The notes under the pieces were generated by a model. The model was not told where the DNA came from. It saw nothing but the letters and a program-made list of their open reading frames with translations, and did not search any database. Source: Adineta vaga (Eukaryota > Animalia > Rotifera). Taken from it: a DNA stretch of 64,000 bases. Location of the stretch: positions 4,340,001-4,404,000 of the forward strand of contig CP075495.1 in NCBI GenBank assembly GCA_021613535.1, given 5' to 3'. The position numbers were made by a program, and so were the translations under genes. Positions 26,548 through 40,131 of the stretch are shown here, piece after piece (position 1 is the first letter of the stretch; every line of letters begins with the position of its first letter).

Positions 26548-29433
26548 ATGAAGAGTCCGTCGTTTGAATTTATTAATCCACGTTATTTATCAGGTGTTGC
26601 TGATGAGCCTAAACAATTATTACAACCCATATCAGGATATGCACAAGAACCACTTTTACCATTAGAAGAAGCATGTGAACCATTAATAGATATTGTACCT
26701 CGATTAGCAGCACATGTTTGGGTTGCAAAACAAAATTCCAAAGATCCACCAGATGGTTTAACAGAAGATGAATCAGCAGCTATCCGTTTGTATACAATGG
26801 AATGGGATTCAGGTAGTGATGAATCACGTAGTAGTCTTTATACTCAGCTTAATCGAACATTAAAACAAATCGATCGAATGAAATTACGTCCATGGTTTCG
26901 TTATTTGAAATTATTTCTTACTGCTCTCGTTAAACTTCCACCAGCACCTCGTCAAACCGTATGGCGTGGTGTTCGAAAAAATCATAGTGAAGATTATCCA
27001 CCTGGTGCTGAAGCCACATGGTGGGCTTTTTCATCATGTACAACTTCATTGAATGTACTTGAATCTGATTTATATTTGGGTAATGTTGGAACACGAACAC
27101 TTTTTTCAATTGAAACCTTCAATGGTCGTACCATACGTGGTCATTCACATTTCCAAGTTGAAGATGAAATATTACTCTTACCAGGCACCTATTTTGAAGT
27201 TAAATCTCGACTAAATCCAGCATCTGATTTATATATTATTCATTTGAGTCAAAAACGACCACGATATGATTTACTTGAACCACCATTTGAAGGTATAGAA
27301 CATCTGAATAGACTAAAAAAACAGTAATTATTCATACGTAATCTTGTTACTATTGAAAAGGTGCTCAACTATATCCATCAGTTGATAATACAAGAGACAG
27401 GGTATGTTTCACTGATTACTTATTCGTTACTAAATTATTCAAATTAGAAAATATTGAAATTTGATTATGTACAAAGAGAATATGATCTGATCTATTCTTA
27501 GCATGCATTTCGTAGCGTTCAATTTTCGAAGATTATGCTTATAGTTGACAAGAAATTGATTTCTTTTTTCGAAACACTGAATTATGTTTTTAGTTAGAGA
27601 ATATTTCAAAACAAAGTAATCGTATATAAATTTACGCTGATGAGAAAGTAATTCTCGAATCGTAAAAATAATAAAAAACGAATAAAATCCAATAAATGAT
27701 TTTGTTTTTGCATACATTATGAAGGATCTTCTAGTACGAACTAATCATATCCTTGAACTAGAATGTTCAAAATAAAATGAATATATCTATTTTCTATTGT
27801 GTAGCATACAATTGGTATCTTTCCTATTAGACAAAAACAAGATGTCAGTCGGTAGGTATTCATATTTGTCATCATTATTCAAGCTATTTCGGTTTTATTC
27901 ACTTTTTCTCTATTCTTAGTCCATGGTACAAACAAAAAAAGGCACTTGCAGCTATTGCTGCTACAATTTTCTTGTTCATTGTAGCAATCGTTTTGGGTGT
28001 GGTATTTGGTTCTAGTAATAAAAAACCACTGTCCGATATAATTATTACTACTACTACCAGTACAGGTAATTGCATGAGTTCAACTGATTTTTTCTTTTTC
28101 TATCAATTTATCTTTAGCTCCTCCATTAGTTGGTTTGTATGGACAAATTCCCGAACCAGTATCTTTTGCAGATGCTTTCTACGCATTTGACAAAAGTACT
28201 CTTGATCTATATTCTCGTCATAATGGAGAAATTATTGGTGGATCAGCTAGTTATGTTCCTGGATACATAGTTAATGGAGAAGCAATTTATCTTGATCAAT
28301 CAAATGCTACATATATTCAAATACAACCAAAATGGTATATCAATTTAACAAAAAGTTTTACTATTGAAGGATTTTTTCTTTTACTTAAAACTCAATTGAA
28401 TGCTACTCTTGTACAACTGGCACCGAATATTACAATGAATTTACTCAATGGTGTATTAAATATGTTATTAGGAACCAGTGCAAAGATAAGAGGTATACAA
28501 AAGATTTCATCAGGTGGTTGGCATCATTTTGCTTTCGTTTTTGATGCAAACATACATGAAGCTACAATATATATTGATGGACAGATCGAAGCAAGAAATT
28601 CTTCAATTTATCCTGATATGATATTTCAAAATGATAATTCATCCGTTATAATTGGTGCAGGATTTCAAGGTTATATTGATCAACTATCTATCTTGTTAAA
28701 AGCAAAATCTCAAGGACAAGTCGTATGGGATGCTACTACTGCTGGTTATTATCCACTTGACCTTGAAGGTTCATGGTTATTAGATAAAGGACCTAACAGT
28801 ATTAATGCAATTGCCTCACGTATTCAATCAACACCAGGTTGGCTTAACACTAGTCTTCGTTTAAATGCACCAGGTGCTTTCTATCAAATCGATGGATTTT
28901 CTCCACGTGAAAAACCGACACGTGCATTTTCATTTGCTTTATGGGTTCGATCAGAAGATCAATCAGGTATTTTTCTTACTATTACAAATCCATATCGATG
29001 CGTTCTTAGAATGGGTCTCCGAAATGATGATAATAGTATTGTTGTCCATCTATATAATGCAGCTGCAACTGATCAGAGTGTCATCGTTCGTGGTATTACG
29101 ATGCCACCAAAACAATGGGTACATGTTGCATTTACGTGGGATATTGAGAATCGAGTAAACCTTTATCAATCGGCATATCGTCAAGATATCTATGAAACTA
29201 GTAAAAATGTTGTGAAATTCAATACTGGTGTTGATAATATGAGTTTACCAATAATGACAGTAACATTAGGTAAATATAATGGTTCTATCAAATGTGAAAA
29301 TATAGATGGTATTGATACTGCACAAGAATTTCGTGGCTCATTAGATGAATTGTATGTGTTTACACGTGAATTAACTCAAAATGAAATCTATTCATTATCG
29401 GTTCCACCTTATTTACAAAAAAAAACTAATTAA
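26548..29433 (+). CDS. Type II membrane protein (764 aa): NAD+-arginine ADP-ribosyltransferase + TM + Thr stalk + 2 LamG/ConA-like domains
   Basis: Exons 26548-27292, 27361-27401, 27805-27851, 27920-28065 and 28118-29433 total 2295 nt, all GT-AG and phase-compatible. ART motifs: VWRGV / FSSCT / EDEILL. TM: ALAAIAATIFLFIVAIVLGVVFG. LamG motifs: WHHFAFVFD..IYIDG..FQGYIDQL and WVHVAFTW..FRGSLDELYVF. Confidence 0.85.
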
Positions 29434-29690
29434 TTCTTTTATTCGTACGAATATTGTTGTGAAAAGTATTGTTATTCATCTTATACAGTCCTTATGTTAA
29501 ATAAAGCGATATTATGTGAAAATTCTATTTGAAAAAGTGAAGACAATGTCAGAATGTAATTCATATGATTCATTCTTGAAAAAAAAAATAGTATGATAAA
29601 AGATTTTATTCATGTTTTAAATAAATAAATGAAATTAGACATTTTCTTCGAAATCTTTTGGCGCTATTTAAATAAAATCTAGATCATCGA

Positions 29691-32600
29691 ATGCGTCAAT
29701 TATCTCTTGATCGCGTCTACGGTTGTTCAACTGCTCATCGGCATGGTATTATTGCTTTACCTGATAATCGTGTTGCATTTCTTGCTGGTTCTTATTTGAT
29801 CATTCGTGATTGTTCAACGAATGAACAACGATATCTAACTTTTTCTTGTATCGAATCTCTTTATATATCATCCAGTGGTTTGCTAATGGGTATAATCGAT
29901 CGTCTCAATCAAGATGATAATTGTCGTATACACATTTATTCGACGAAACCAATTGAGTTATTGATAAGTATTGAACCAGATCGTTTTGGAAGTTTTATTG
30001 GTATGACAATCGATACGAATGAAAGTCTACTTATGATATTACATAGTGAACCAGCATATATGATAACTATTCGTAAATATGAATAGACGAACTCATATAT
30101 GAATTAATTTGTTTTCTTTTGCAGAAGAAATTCAAATTAGATCGCATGAAATAAAACGAATGAATATGATTGATTTAGCTTCGGTACGTGTTGTTCATGG
30201 ACCAGTTATTAATCGAATGACAAAAAAAGAAATCACACCTCAAGTCGCACATGTTAGTTTTTGTCCACATTCGTCGAAAGTTTTCTGTGCAACTGGCTTA
30301 GCATTATTTAAACTCTATGAAATTGATCAGCAAATCATTCATCAACAGATCATTCATTTTCGTGCAGAATTCTATGCTTTTACATGTCATTGTTGGTTAG
30401 ATGTGAATAGTATTCTTGTATGAATATGAAACTTTAATTTTACAAGAATCTTCTTCGGTTATTTAAAGGTAGCAACTGATCATGCACATATATTTTGGAT
30501 TCAAGAAGGATCAATTCGTTCGGATATTAATCTCGAAGAATCGATCACTGTTGATTTACATTTATCAAAAACTGAGCTATCAATTGAAGAAACTAATCGA
30601 GAATCATTTGATGATGGAAAGATATTTTCTAATTTGATTTTCTTATAATTTGATTTTATTTAGGTTTAACTGAATCGTTTAAAGTTGATACTATTAATAA
30701 TACGAAAAGTTTAACAATTCATAATGAACATGAAATGTCAATTCGAAAGAAATCCTCATTAAAAGATGATACAACACTCATTGAGAAACAATTATATTTT
30801 GATCTTTTTACATCGAATGAAATTTCACCGCATGTTATCATTTCATTTCGTGAATATCTGTTTGTGGTAAGAGCGAGTAAAGATGAGAATTTCTTCCTAT
30901 ATTCTAATAAATTCCAACAAATGATCTTCAATATTTAGTTTACTCCAATCATGATCGAACCATTCTTTCAAATAAATACATGTTATCGTCTTCAAAAAAC
31001 TCGTGAAAATCAAAAGAATATTGAAACACATCTTATTCATAAAATGTCGTATATTTTTGATAATCAATTTTCATTCATATATCTCTTAACTGATCGTAAT
31101 CAAATCTTTCGTTATACAATTAATCATACGGAAACTAAAATTGAATTCGAAGAAAAACATATATATGGTTTTAATGCTTACAGTATCTTATCTATTGGTT
31201 TATGTGCTCATAAACCTTGGTTAATCACACTTGGTAGTGATAATTGGTTACGTATTCTTAATTATAAAGATAACGATCGAGAAGTTGTCTCAAAATATAT
31301 TTCTGATGATGCATATGTAATCACTGGTAGAAATATCACATCTCTAGGAATGATATTCTTGTTTTGCTTATAGAATGAATTTAAGATTCTGATCCATATG
31401 GATTTCATCTATGTTTAGCAATGACGAATCGTTTTCAATTATATTCTATAACTAATTATGAATTACGTATGGTACACCAGTATGAAACACGAAGTATCCG
31501 TCATATAGAAATGAGTCATTCGGGACATTTAGTTGCTGTCATAGCAAATAATCTAATAAAAATCTATTCAACCATACATTTCAATTTACTAAGTCAATTG
31601 CGTGGTCATGTTGGTAAAATAAAACAAATTGTTTGGTGTAAATCTGATTCAATTTTGATCAGTTGTGGAACAGATGGAATGATTTATATATTTAATGTCT
31701 TCACCGGTAAAAATTTCTTTGAGAACAAACGAATTGATTTGTGAATTCTAGGTATGCGAGAAGGTGAAATCATAATGAAACAATTTCGTTATGTAGGAAT
31801 AGCTGTAACCAAGGATTGTAATCGTATTTATGCCATTACATCGGATTCAAGTCTAAAACTATTTCATAATACAAATCTCGAACAAGAATGGACAATTGAG
31901 AATAATTTGATTCCATCAGCTATTTGTTTATCAAAATCCGAACGATTACTTTATATTGGTATGACCAATGGTACTATTCGAATCTATACAATTCCATTAA
32001 TGATCGATGCTTATATGGATTTACCAGCACATTGCTCAACGATACGACAATTATTAGTATCACATGATGATGAATATTTAGTATCGATTGCTGAGTCAGC
32101 TTATATACTACTTTTTAAACAAACATTTGATGGTTTAAGTTCTGTTTACAATCAATTCTCACAAATATCACTAGGAAATTTCAATAAAATCAATGAATCG
32201 AAACGAATACAAATGATGTTTGAATATATTTTAGTAACAAAATCTGAATTTGATGAACAGACACGTAAAATTAATGAAATTGAAGCAAGAATCAAGTAAA
32301 TCATATTGAAATAGTTTTCATTGTTCTACTTTTTTGTCTTCTAGTGAACTCGAAACAGAAAAGAATTTAAAATTACGTTCAAAACATATTGTTTTTTCGA
32401 ATAATCTAAATGCTTATTTCATCCAATTTCAAACAACAATGAAACAACATCTTCTTGAATATGAACAATTAAAATCTGAAATAATCAATGAACATGATGA
32501 ATTTCTTCAACAAACAAATACTATTCAACAAGAATATGATGCACTGCAAATGCATTCAGAAGTTATCTATGAAAATCAAATGATAGAAATGGTTAAAAAA

Positions 32601-34384
32601 ATCTTTGAGAAATAAATGATTGAATATTGAAATTATTTTCAGCTTTCACGTATTCAACAAGCTCAAAAGGAATTGAATATCATTCAAACAGAATATCAAA
32701 ATAAATATTTCAATTCCGATGATCACGAATATATTGATCTAAAACAAATCGTCAATCAAGTCAATTCAACATTACAATCTAAATGGCATACAGCTGCTCA
32801 AAATCATGAAAAAATTCAAGAAAAAGAACGTCAGATGAATGAATATATTCGACAAATTGAAATCGATTTTGATGATGAAATTGAAACTGTCAAAATGAAT
32901 TATGAACAAGAATTCAAATTCTTTCATGATTATAAAAAACGTTTGACTATTAACGTATGTTTTACAATATAGGAATGAGAAATGTATAAGATTAGTGAAT
33001 CAACTTTTGTTTTTGTTTGTTTTAGGTTAGTTATTTCGTAAACGATACAATTCTCTGGTAGATCGTATGGAAACTCGTGATCCAGAACGAAATCATATTG
33101 AAAATGAAGTAAAAGAATTATACAATCGAAGATCGGATTTAATTGAGAAATTGGATCATTTTCGTTCAAGTATAAATAAAATGAATCAAATTCATTCCGA
33201 TAGGTTTTCAATAGAATATCATTTTTAGTTATAAAAAAGAAAGAAGATCGTATTGGTGTTCATGATATTAAAATTCATCGTTTACAACAACATATCTTAC
33301 ATGTTGAAAAACGAAAATATGTTCTAGATTATAAAACTAAATCTCTATTAGAACGTATTGAACCCATTGATCAAGAAATAACACGATTAAAAACAAAGAA
33401 TCAAAATCTTGAACAACAATTAACTGTTTTAAAACGACAACAAAATGCTTTAATTGCAAAACAAAAAGATTATGAATTGAAACTTGAACAAGCAACTAAA
33501 CAATTAAATCTTGCTAAAATCAATCATCAACATATTTGGAAGATAGTTCAACAAAGAAAAGGTTGTTGAGAGAAGATCTTAGTAAAAAATACAGTTTGTT
33601 TTCGTTTAGATGTAATTAAAAAAGCATTTGAATATACGGAAATTAATTGTACAACAGAAATAACGAATGAAAGTCATAATTCGAAAGAACAATTAAAAGC
33701 ATTTATTGAAAATATTTGTAATACAATGCAAAAGGAACAACAAACGGAAAATCAATTAGAAATACAAGAATTCATGAAAGAATGGCATAATCAACGAAAG
33801 TGGTTACTTAATCAAGTATGAATCTTCATATTCATATCTACACCTTTTGTTTCTGCTTATTTTCAGTAATTTTCGAGAAAAGAAAATCTATCTAATCATA
33901 TTTTTCTAGTTACATAGTTTAACAATGCATACTGAAGACAATAAACAATCATTCGTTCATAGTCAACATGAACATCGTAAAGGTATGAATACATGTGTTA
34001 ACTCGATCATTATTGAATATCGATTATTTAGCGATTACACCATTCATTAATCAACTTCGTCAATTACATAATTTACATGATGATTTGCAAAAAAAGATTC
34101 AAAAACGTTTTGCATTATTAAAAATAAAAAGTAATGATCAAAGTGATTTCTTACAAACGATATCTGATATATTACATGTCAATGAAAATCTTCATTTAAC
34201 AATCGATCAATTATCTCAAAAAGAATTACATATTGAAATTCAAGATAAAGAAATTGATCGTTTAGGAGCGATTATATTTCGTTCACAATATTCAACACCA
34301 TGTTTAGAATCAAATCAACAGAGTGAAAAAATTCTAATAACATCGACACTACCATCAATATCAATCAGATCATCGAACAATTAA
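29691..34384 (+). CDS. CFAP57: CFAP57/WDR65-like WD40 + coiled-coil ciliary protein (divergent)
   Basis: WD repeats (IGLCAHKPWLITLGSDNWLRILNY, LRGHVGKIKQIVW, AHCSTIRQLLVSHDDEYL), then EYILVTKSEFDE and a coiled coil with QIEIDFDDEI and EKRKYVLDYK. Confidence 0.8.
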
Positions 34385-35709
34385 ATCATAGTCTTTCTTT
34401 TGATATTCTCTTGAAATTTCGTCTCATTTTGCCACTCTTATTCAAGGTCAAATGAGATTGTAATATACCTTTCGTCTTTTCTTTTCTTTTCTGTTGTATT
34501 GTCCTATCTGTGTTGGTTTCATTCTGAATAAACAAAGACAAGGCCTTCAATATATTTCAAACAAGATCATCGACAGGTGATCGACATATTTCAGAACTAA
34601 AAGCACATTTGTATGTGAGTGCTATTCAATACTCTTACTCTCAGTTTCAAACGTTTTCATCTATGTATTCTTTTAGTAACCAATACCATCTTATTTTTGT
34701 TCTTATACATACACGCACACACATACACATGTTTAACGAACAGTAACATTGGTACCAATACAAATTCATCAGTTTGTTCTTTATGTTCTCGTATATTTGA
34801 TTTCAAAAGCGAAGAGAAAATGAATCAGAAGCACAAAAAATTGACACGTACAACGTTTGACCTCTATTCTTTCTTTCATTTATATTCGATGATGTGAAAA
34901 TGAAGATTATGATCGTAAGTATCGTCTCATCGATATAGTTGGAGGTTTTTTTTTTCTGAAATATTACCAACATTGTTAATCTGTACATTAGATAGACATT
35001 TGTCTATTGTATATGTTCCTCTGAGATATAGAAACAAAGAGAATACATGGAACAAAAAGAAAAACATTTGTGAACAAAAGAATAGAAATATAACTCATCT
35101 GTTCAGTAAATAAAAGGAGAATATCGGGTACTAATGAATCGAAAGAACGAAGTCATTCGGAGTTGTACTATCAGATACATATCAAAAGAAAACGAACGAT
35201 AAGTGGATGAATGTTGATTCAAATTAGCAGTACTTAATGAATAAAAGATTGTTAGTAGAGGTAAAATACAGGAAGCATTTGCTAGTTAACAATATAAACT
35301 AATTATTGGACATAGTATGAAAAGAATCGTACGTGGAAAGTTGTAAAATAATGTTTTTTTTCTCTAATAAATGTTAGTTTTCTTCTTCTTGTTCTTTCTT
35401 TCATAAATTCAAAGGTGCTAGAGATTTTGTTACTACTAACAAGTTGTATTTTTTTTGTCGTATTCAACGTAAGTTATTTCTAAAGTGTGAACTTGAAAAT
35501 TTATATATCTTTACTGGTTGTATATACAAGATTTTATATGATAACAATGTGTGAAAACATAACGACAAGAGAAAAGACGCATCTTTTGTCTTTTTCTTCT
35601 TTCTTATCTATTCTATTTACATCTATGTTGAGTTAACTTAGGTTGATAAACGTTTACCGTCTCACAAGTAACTTCATTGGTAATAACATATAATAATATA
35701 TATTCATCC

Positions 35710-38700
35710 ATGGCCGACGTAGCACAAGATACTTCATTTGGTTTTGTTTTACCAAATACTCCGACGTCACAGGCAACATGTAATATTTGTAAACGTCTTC
35801 TCTATCCATTTGAAGAAGTTCTTCGATGTTAGTATGAATTTCTAGGAGAAATTATTTGAAGAAAATTCGTCTATTGATTTAGGTCGAAGTTGTCGGGGTT
35901 CAAATCATTGGCGTTGTATTGAACCTAAAACGATTTCTCAATATGGTGACAATGAAGATTTCATCTGTGCAAAATGTAACGATGATACAACGAATACATC
36001 ATCTAAACAAACGACTAATAATGGTAGTTTTCGATTAAAATCAACAGATTCAACTAATCGAAATTATCGATCAACAGAAACAAGTGTTGGTAATACAATT
36101 CGATATTTTGAAGAAAAACAACAGCAACAACGATCGCAAACACCTAAAATGACGAAAGTATCTGAACTTGATCGTTATCTTCCATCACCTTATAATTATA
36201 CCGAATACCGACATAATGGTAAGTGTCTGTAAAGAAAAAAAAACGTAAGAATAACGAATGCGAAAAAAGAAATTGAAAAATGCAATTGTTTTTTTAACTT
36301 GTTCGTTATTTAATGGATCAATTGCACTCGAAAAACTACCTTTTAAAAGAACAAAAAAAAAAGAAAAGAAAATTGTTTACTAAAATGAATAAATAAATCT
36401 ATGCCAAATGAAATGTCATCGTTTATTCAAACTAATATTATAGGATCTCAATCGCGATTAAATTCTATGAGTAAGTTGTGCTAATCAAATCGATAATCAG
36501 ATAAATTGAAGTTCATACACGCATAGTAGTTAGTATCATCTTATAAATAATGATCGACATAAACGTGATCAATGTATAGGAAGAGATATAAATCCTTTCT
36601 AAATATTCTTTCATTTCTTTTTCTTTTTGAACGAACATCATCTTCATCTACACGAAATATACACATTCCTTTCTATCGATTTCATATATATCTGATAAAG
36701 TGTCTTATTTTTCTTATCATTTTACAAATTGTAGTCTTTTTATTTGCATAGGTCAAGACCAGGATGACAGGAGAACACCTCAACGAATTCAACAACAACA
36801 ACATCAAAATGGAATAGAAAGTGATGATGAACACGATTCATCAGCAATGTTTCAAGCGAATTATCAATATACTTCATTGAAAGATTATGCAGCAATGAAA
36901 ACTGTTCGAGCAAGAAGTGAAAATAATATCAATGAATATCCAAGTAAATAAATGGATCTCTTTTTCTCCTGGATATATTTGAACAAAGAAGAGAAACTCA
37001 TCTATATATTCATCAATGAAAAAAAACAACTCTTCTTTTTAGAAAATCTAATGACACGTCGAAAAAATCTCTTTAGACGTCAAATAATTGCAGACATAAT
37101 TATTTTCAGACTTTGGTCTCGTGAGTTTCGTTATTCCACCAATTCTTGATATCTATATATTAGAAGGGAATCTTTTTTTTTACTAACATATAATATATTC
37201 TAATGGGATATCGAAGGGTTTGCTTCTCGAAAAATAGTCTACAATTGTATCTGTAAATATTTTTCATGTAATTAAAATCTCAAATTTCAATTTTAATCTC
37301 AATTCAAATATCGTTCGTTACGCACAATGAATATTTACAAATGTCACCGTGATAATCGAATTCAATTTCTTTTCTTTCTTCATATAGGTCCATCTTCAAA
37401 TCAACAAACGACATCTCGATATGGCGGTGGTCTACAGTATACAAATCATGGTTATGATCCAACAGTATCACGCCTTGTCGAACCACCTGCATCTATTTCA
37501 ACAGATATGATATCTCCATTATTAAATACTCGTCCAAATCATTTTATAAGTACAACTAATTTAACTATTAATGAAAGACCTTCTGACTTTTCGCAACAAC
37601 AGTTAACTACTCCTATTCGATCAACGACACATTCATCTCAAGCTCGTGATAATGACGTATCAATCATGACGTCTTCATCTAAACTTCAAGAACATCAATC
37701 AACACATGATATCGATTCGGATATAACTATGACTAAATTCCCTAATGATCAAACAAAAGGAACACCAGTTGTTGAAAAGAAAGTAACTGCTTTAGTTCAA
37801 CAACTAGGCAAACAATTAGAAACAGATGCACAGAAAATAAATGAAAAATTAGAAGTTAAAATAAAAAATCTGGAAAACATGATTCATCAACAGACATTAA
37901 TCATTCAACGGCAAGATGAAGTTATTGAACGATTAAAAAGTAGAATAGCAAAATTCGAAACGAATTATGACCAAACACCTGAACAGAATGAAACAAGTAG
38001 TTTTACACCAAACGAAAATAATCGTGTCAATCGAAAACTTTCGAGTTCGTCAACGACTATTACACAGAGCAGCATAGGATCTACGAAAAAGGTTAGAACA
38101 AAAAGGATACGGAATTTCGTAAGATTGTTGTATGATTTTTTTTCTCTCTTTATTTACAGATTTCTGCACCACGTCTCAATCAACAATGGTCAACAACGAG
38201 TGATGAAAAGAAACTAGCCCCTAAGAAACTTGTGAATAATACTCCAATTAATCGTAATCGAAAAAGTTCTGATTCATCATCAATGCCATCTATGGATGGT
38301 ATCTTACCTTCATCTGTACCTGCGACGAATGAACCGAAAGCTGCATCAAGTCGTCTGGATCATATAATTCATCAAACAGATTCAACAGTTACCAATAAGC
38401 ATACATCAGATTATAATTTAGCTCCTATTCGTCATCAAGATCGATCACAAATTAGTGAACCTATTTCCATGGTACAAGAACAATTCGTTACAACTGTTCA
38501 TCATGATGATAATGCTCCTAAGAACAGTCAAAATATGTCGAAATCTATTATAAAACCAAAACGTTCAAGTTCATTATCATCTAATTCATCAGGTGAACCT
38601 ACAAGAAAACCGATAATAACAGCAAAATCATCAGCGAGTCGATATCCAGATGTTCATCGAAGTTTTGATGCTATACCAAATAGTCAACCGATTAAACAAA

Positions 38701-39631
38701 CCGTTGAGAACATCTGATAAAGCTTCTTCACTTGAATTTAGTACAAAACCGGTGCAACCAGAAGACTCAGGTTGATCAACGATCTACCTACACAATTATT
38801 TTGTCTTATTGAAATACTTTTTTTTTATTTAGGATCGATTTATATCACACCTACCGAAGCAAATCAATCGGCAAATCAAGCAAATAGTATTGTCAAAGGA
38901 TGGCTTCGAAAACAAAATCGTGATTCATTTTTAAAACGAATTGAATCTTATTATTGTATCCTAGCGAATAATGCACTGCTTATGCATCGAAATGAGCATG
39001 ATAGAACACCGACAAAAGCAATTAATCTGAAAGGTATTCCTATTTTTCTTTCTCTAATTAACGGAAGAAAACGATTTTGTTCTTTGAACATTCAGGAGCT
39101 AAAGTACTCAGTTATGATGATGCTAAACATGGTCCAACACTTGAATTAAGTTGGTCTAGTAGATCAAATGATGCAAAACATTATCACGTATGTTAAATCT
39201 AGAATATTATCTCTTTCGTTGTATTATTTCGAAGATTTTCCCAATTGAATTTGAGTATAAACCTCTTAATTAAACCCTCAAGATGTAGTAAATTCCTTTT
39301 TTTTAACCTCAAATTTCTCTATGTTCTATTCTGATTAATCACGAATAGTTAACAGTTTTTGTGAACAAAAGTACATTTAACTTCATTAAAACGTATTATT
39401 ATGAAATAGCGAATAGTAAAGATAGAACAAGAAGACAAAGAGTTTTACTTCTGATCCTTCTTTTAGTTATATGCACCAAGTCAGCAAGAAGCTGATCAAT
39501 GGGTTAATGCAATTCAAACCACAATCAACAATCTAAACAGTAGTAAGCTAAATTTTCTTTTCCGATTCTTTTTGAAATAATACTAACATCACTCCACAGA
39601 CCGTTCTCAAACAAAAAAATTTCAGTGGTAA
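35710..39631 (+). CDS. PHD-finger / coiled-coil / PH-domain protein
   Basis: Spliced N-terminus gives CNIC..CRSC..HWRC..CAKC (C4HC3). A central heptad coiled coil follows. C-terminal PH reads IVKGWLRKQ...YYCIL...AINLKG...LYAPSQQEADQWVNAI; stop at 39629-39631. Confidence 0.8.
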
Positions 39632-40131
39632 TATAAAGAAAACAAAAATTCTGATGCTTTCTGATTTTTTCGAGAAAAAAAAATCATTTTTCGATTGATT
39701 GAACTAATTTATCTAATCATCTTTATTCTTTTTTAAGAAGATCGATGGCAAAAATATCATATGAACCTATGATATCATCGATGAGCAACTTGATCATTTA
39801 CTGTTTAACTTTCGACATTTTCTGCTGTCCATTTCAGGACTTCGTATTTTCATTATATTACTTATGTTGTTTGTTTTTTTATTCAAATACGCTAATTTCT
39901 TTTTCTGTTTTCGTTTGTTCTTTATTTTCTACACATAAACACATAATTATTTATACATCGTCCTGTTTTTTTTTTACAAATAGAATAAAACAAATCAATG
40001 AATTTCAGAAAGAAAAAGATTTTTTTTCGCGCAATCAAACGTTTGTTTGTTATTTCGAATATGTGCATTTATTTTTGAATTTATTATTGTCGTTATTATG
40101 AAGAACGATTTATTGAAGATTTGTAATCGAA

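Noticed and set aside
23706-26548. Idea that the LNS-less neurexin and the divergent LamG-bearing ART gene are halves of one broken neurexin
   Set aside because: They are on opposite strands. The LamG domains look like Laminin_G_3/pentraxin type rather than neurexin LNS, and there are no EGF repeats.
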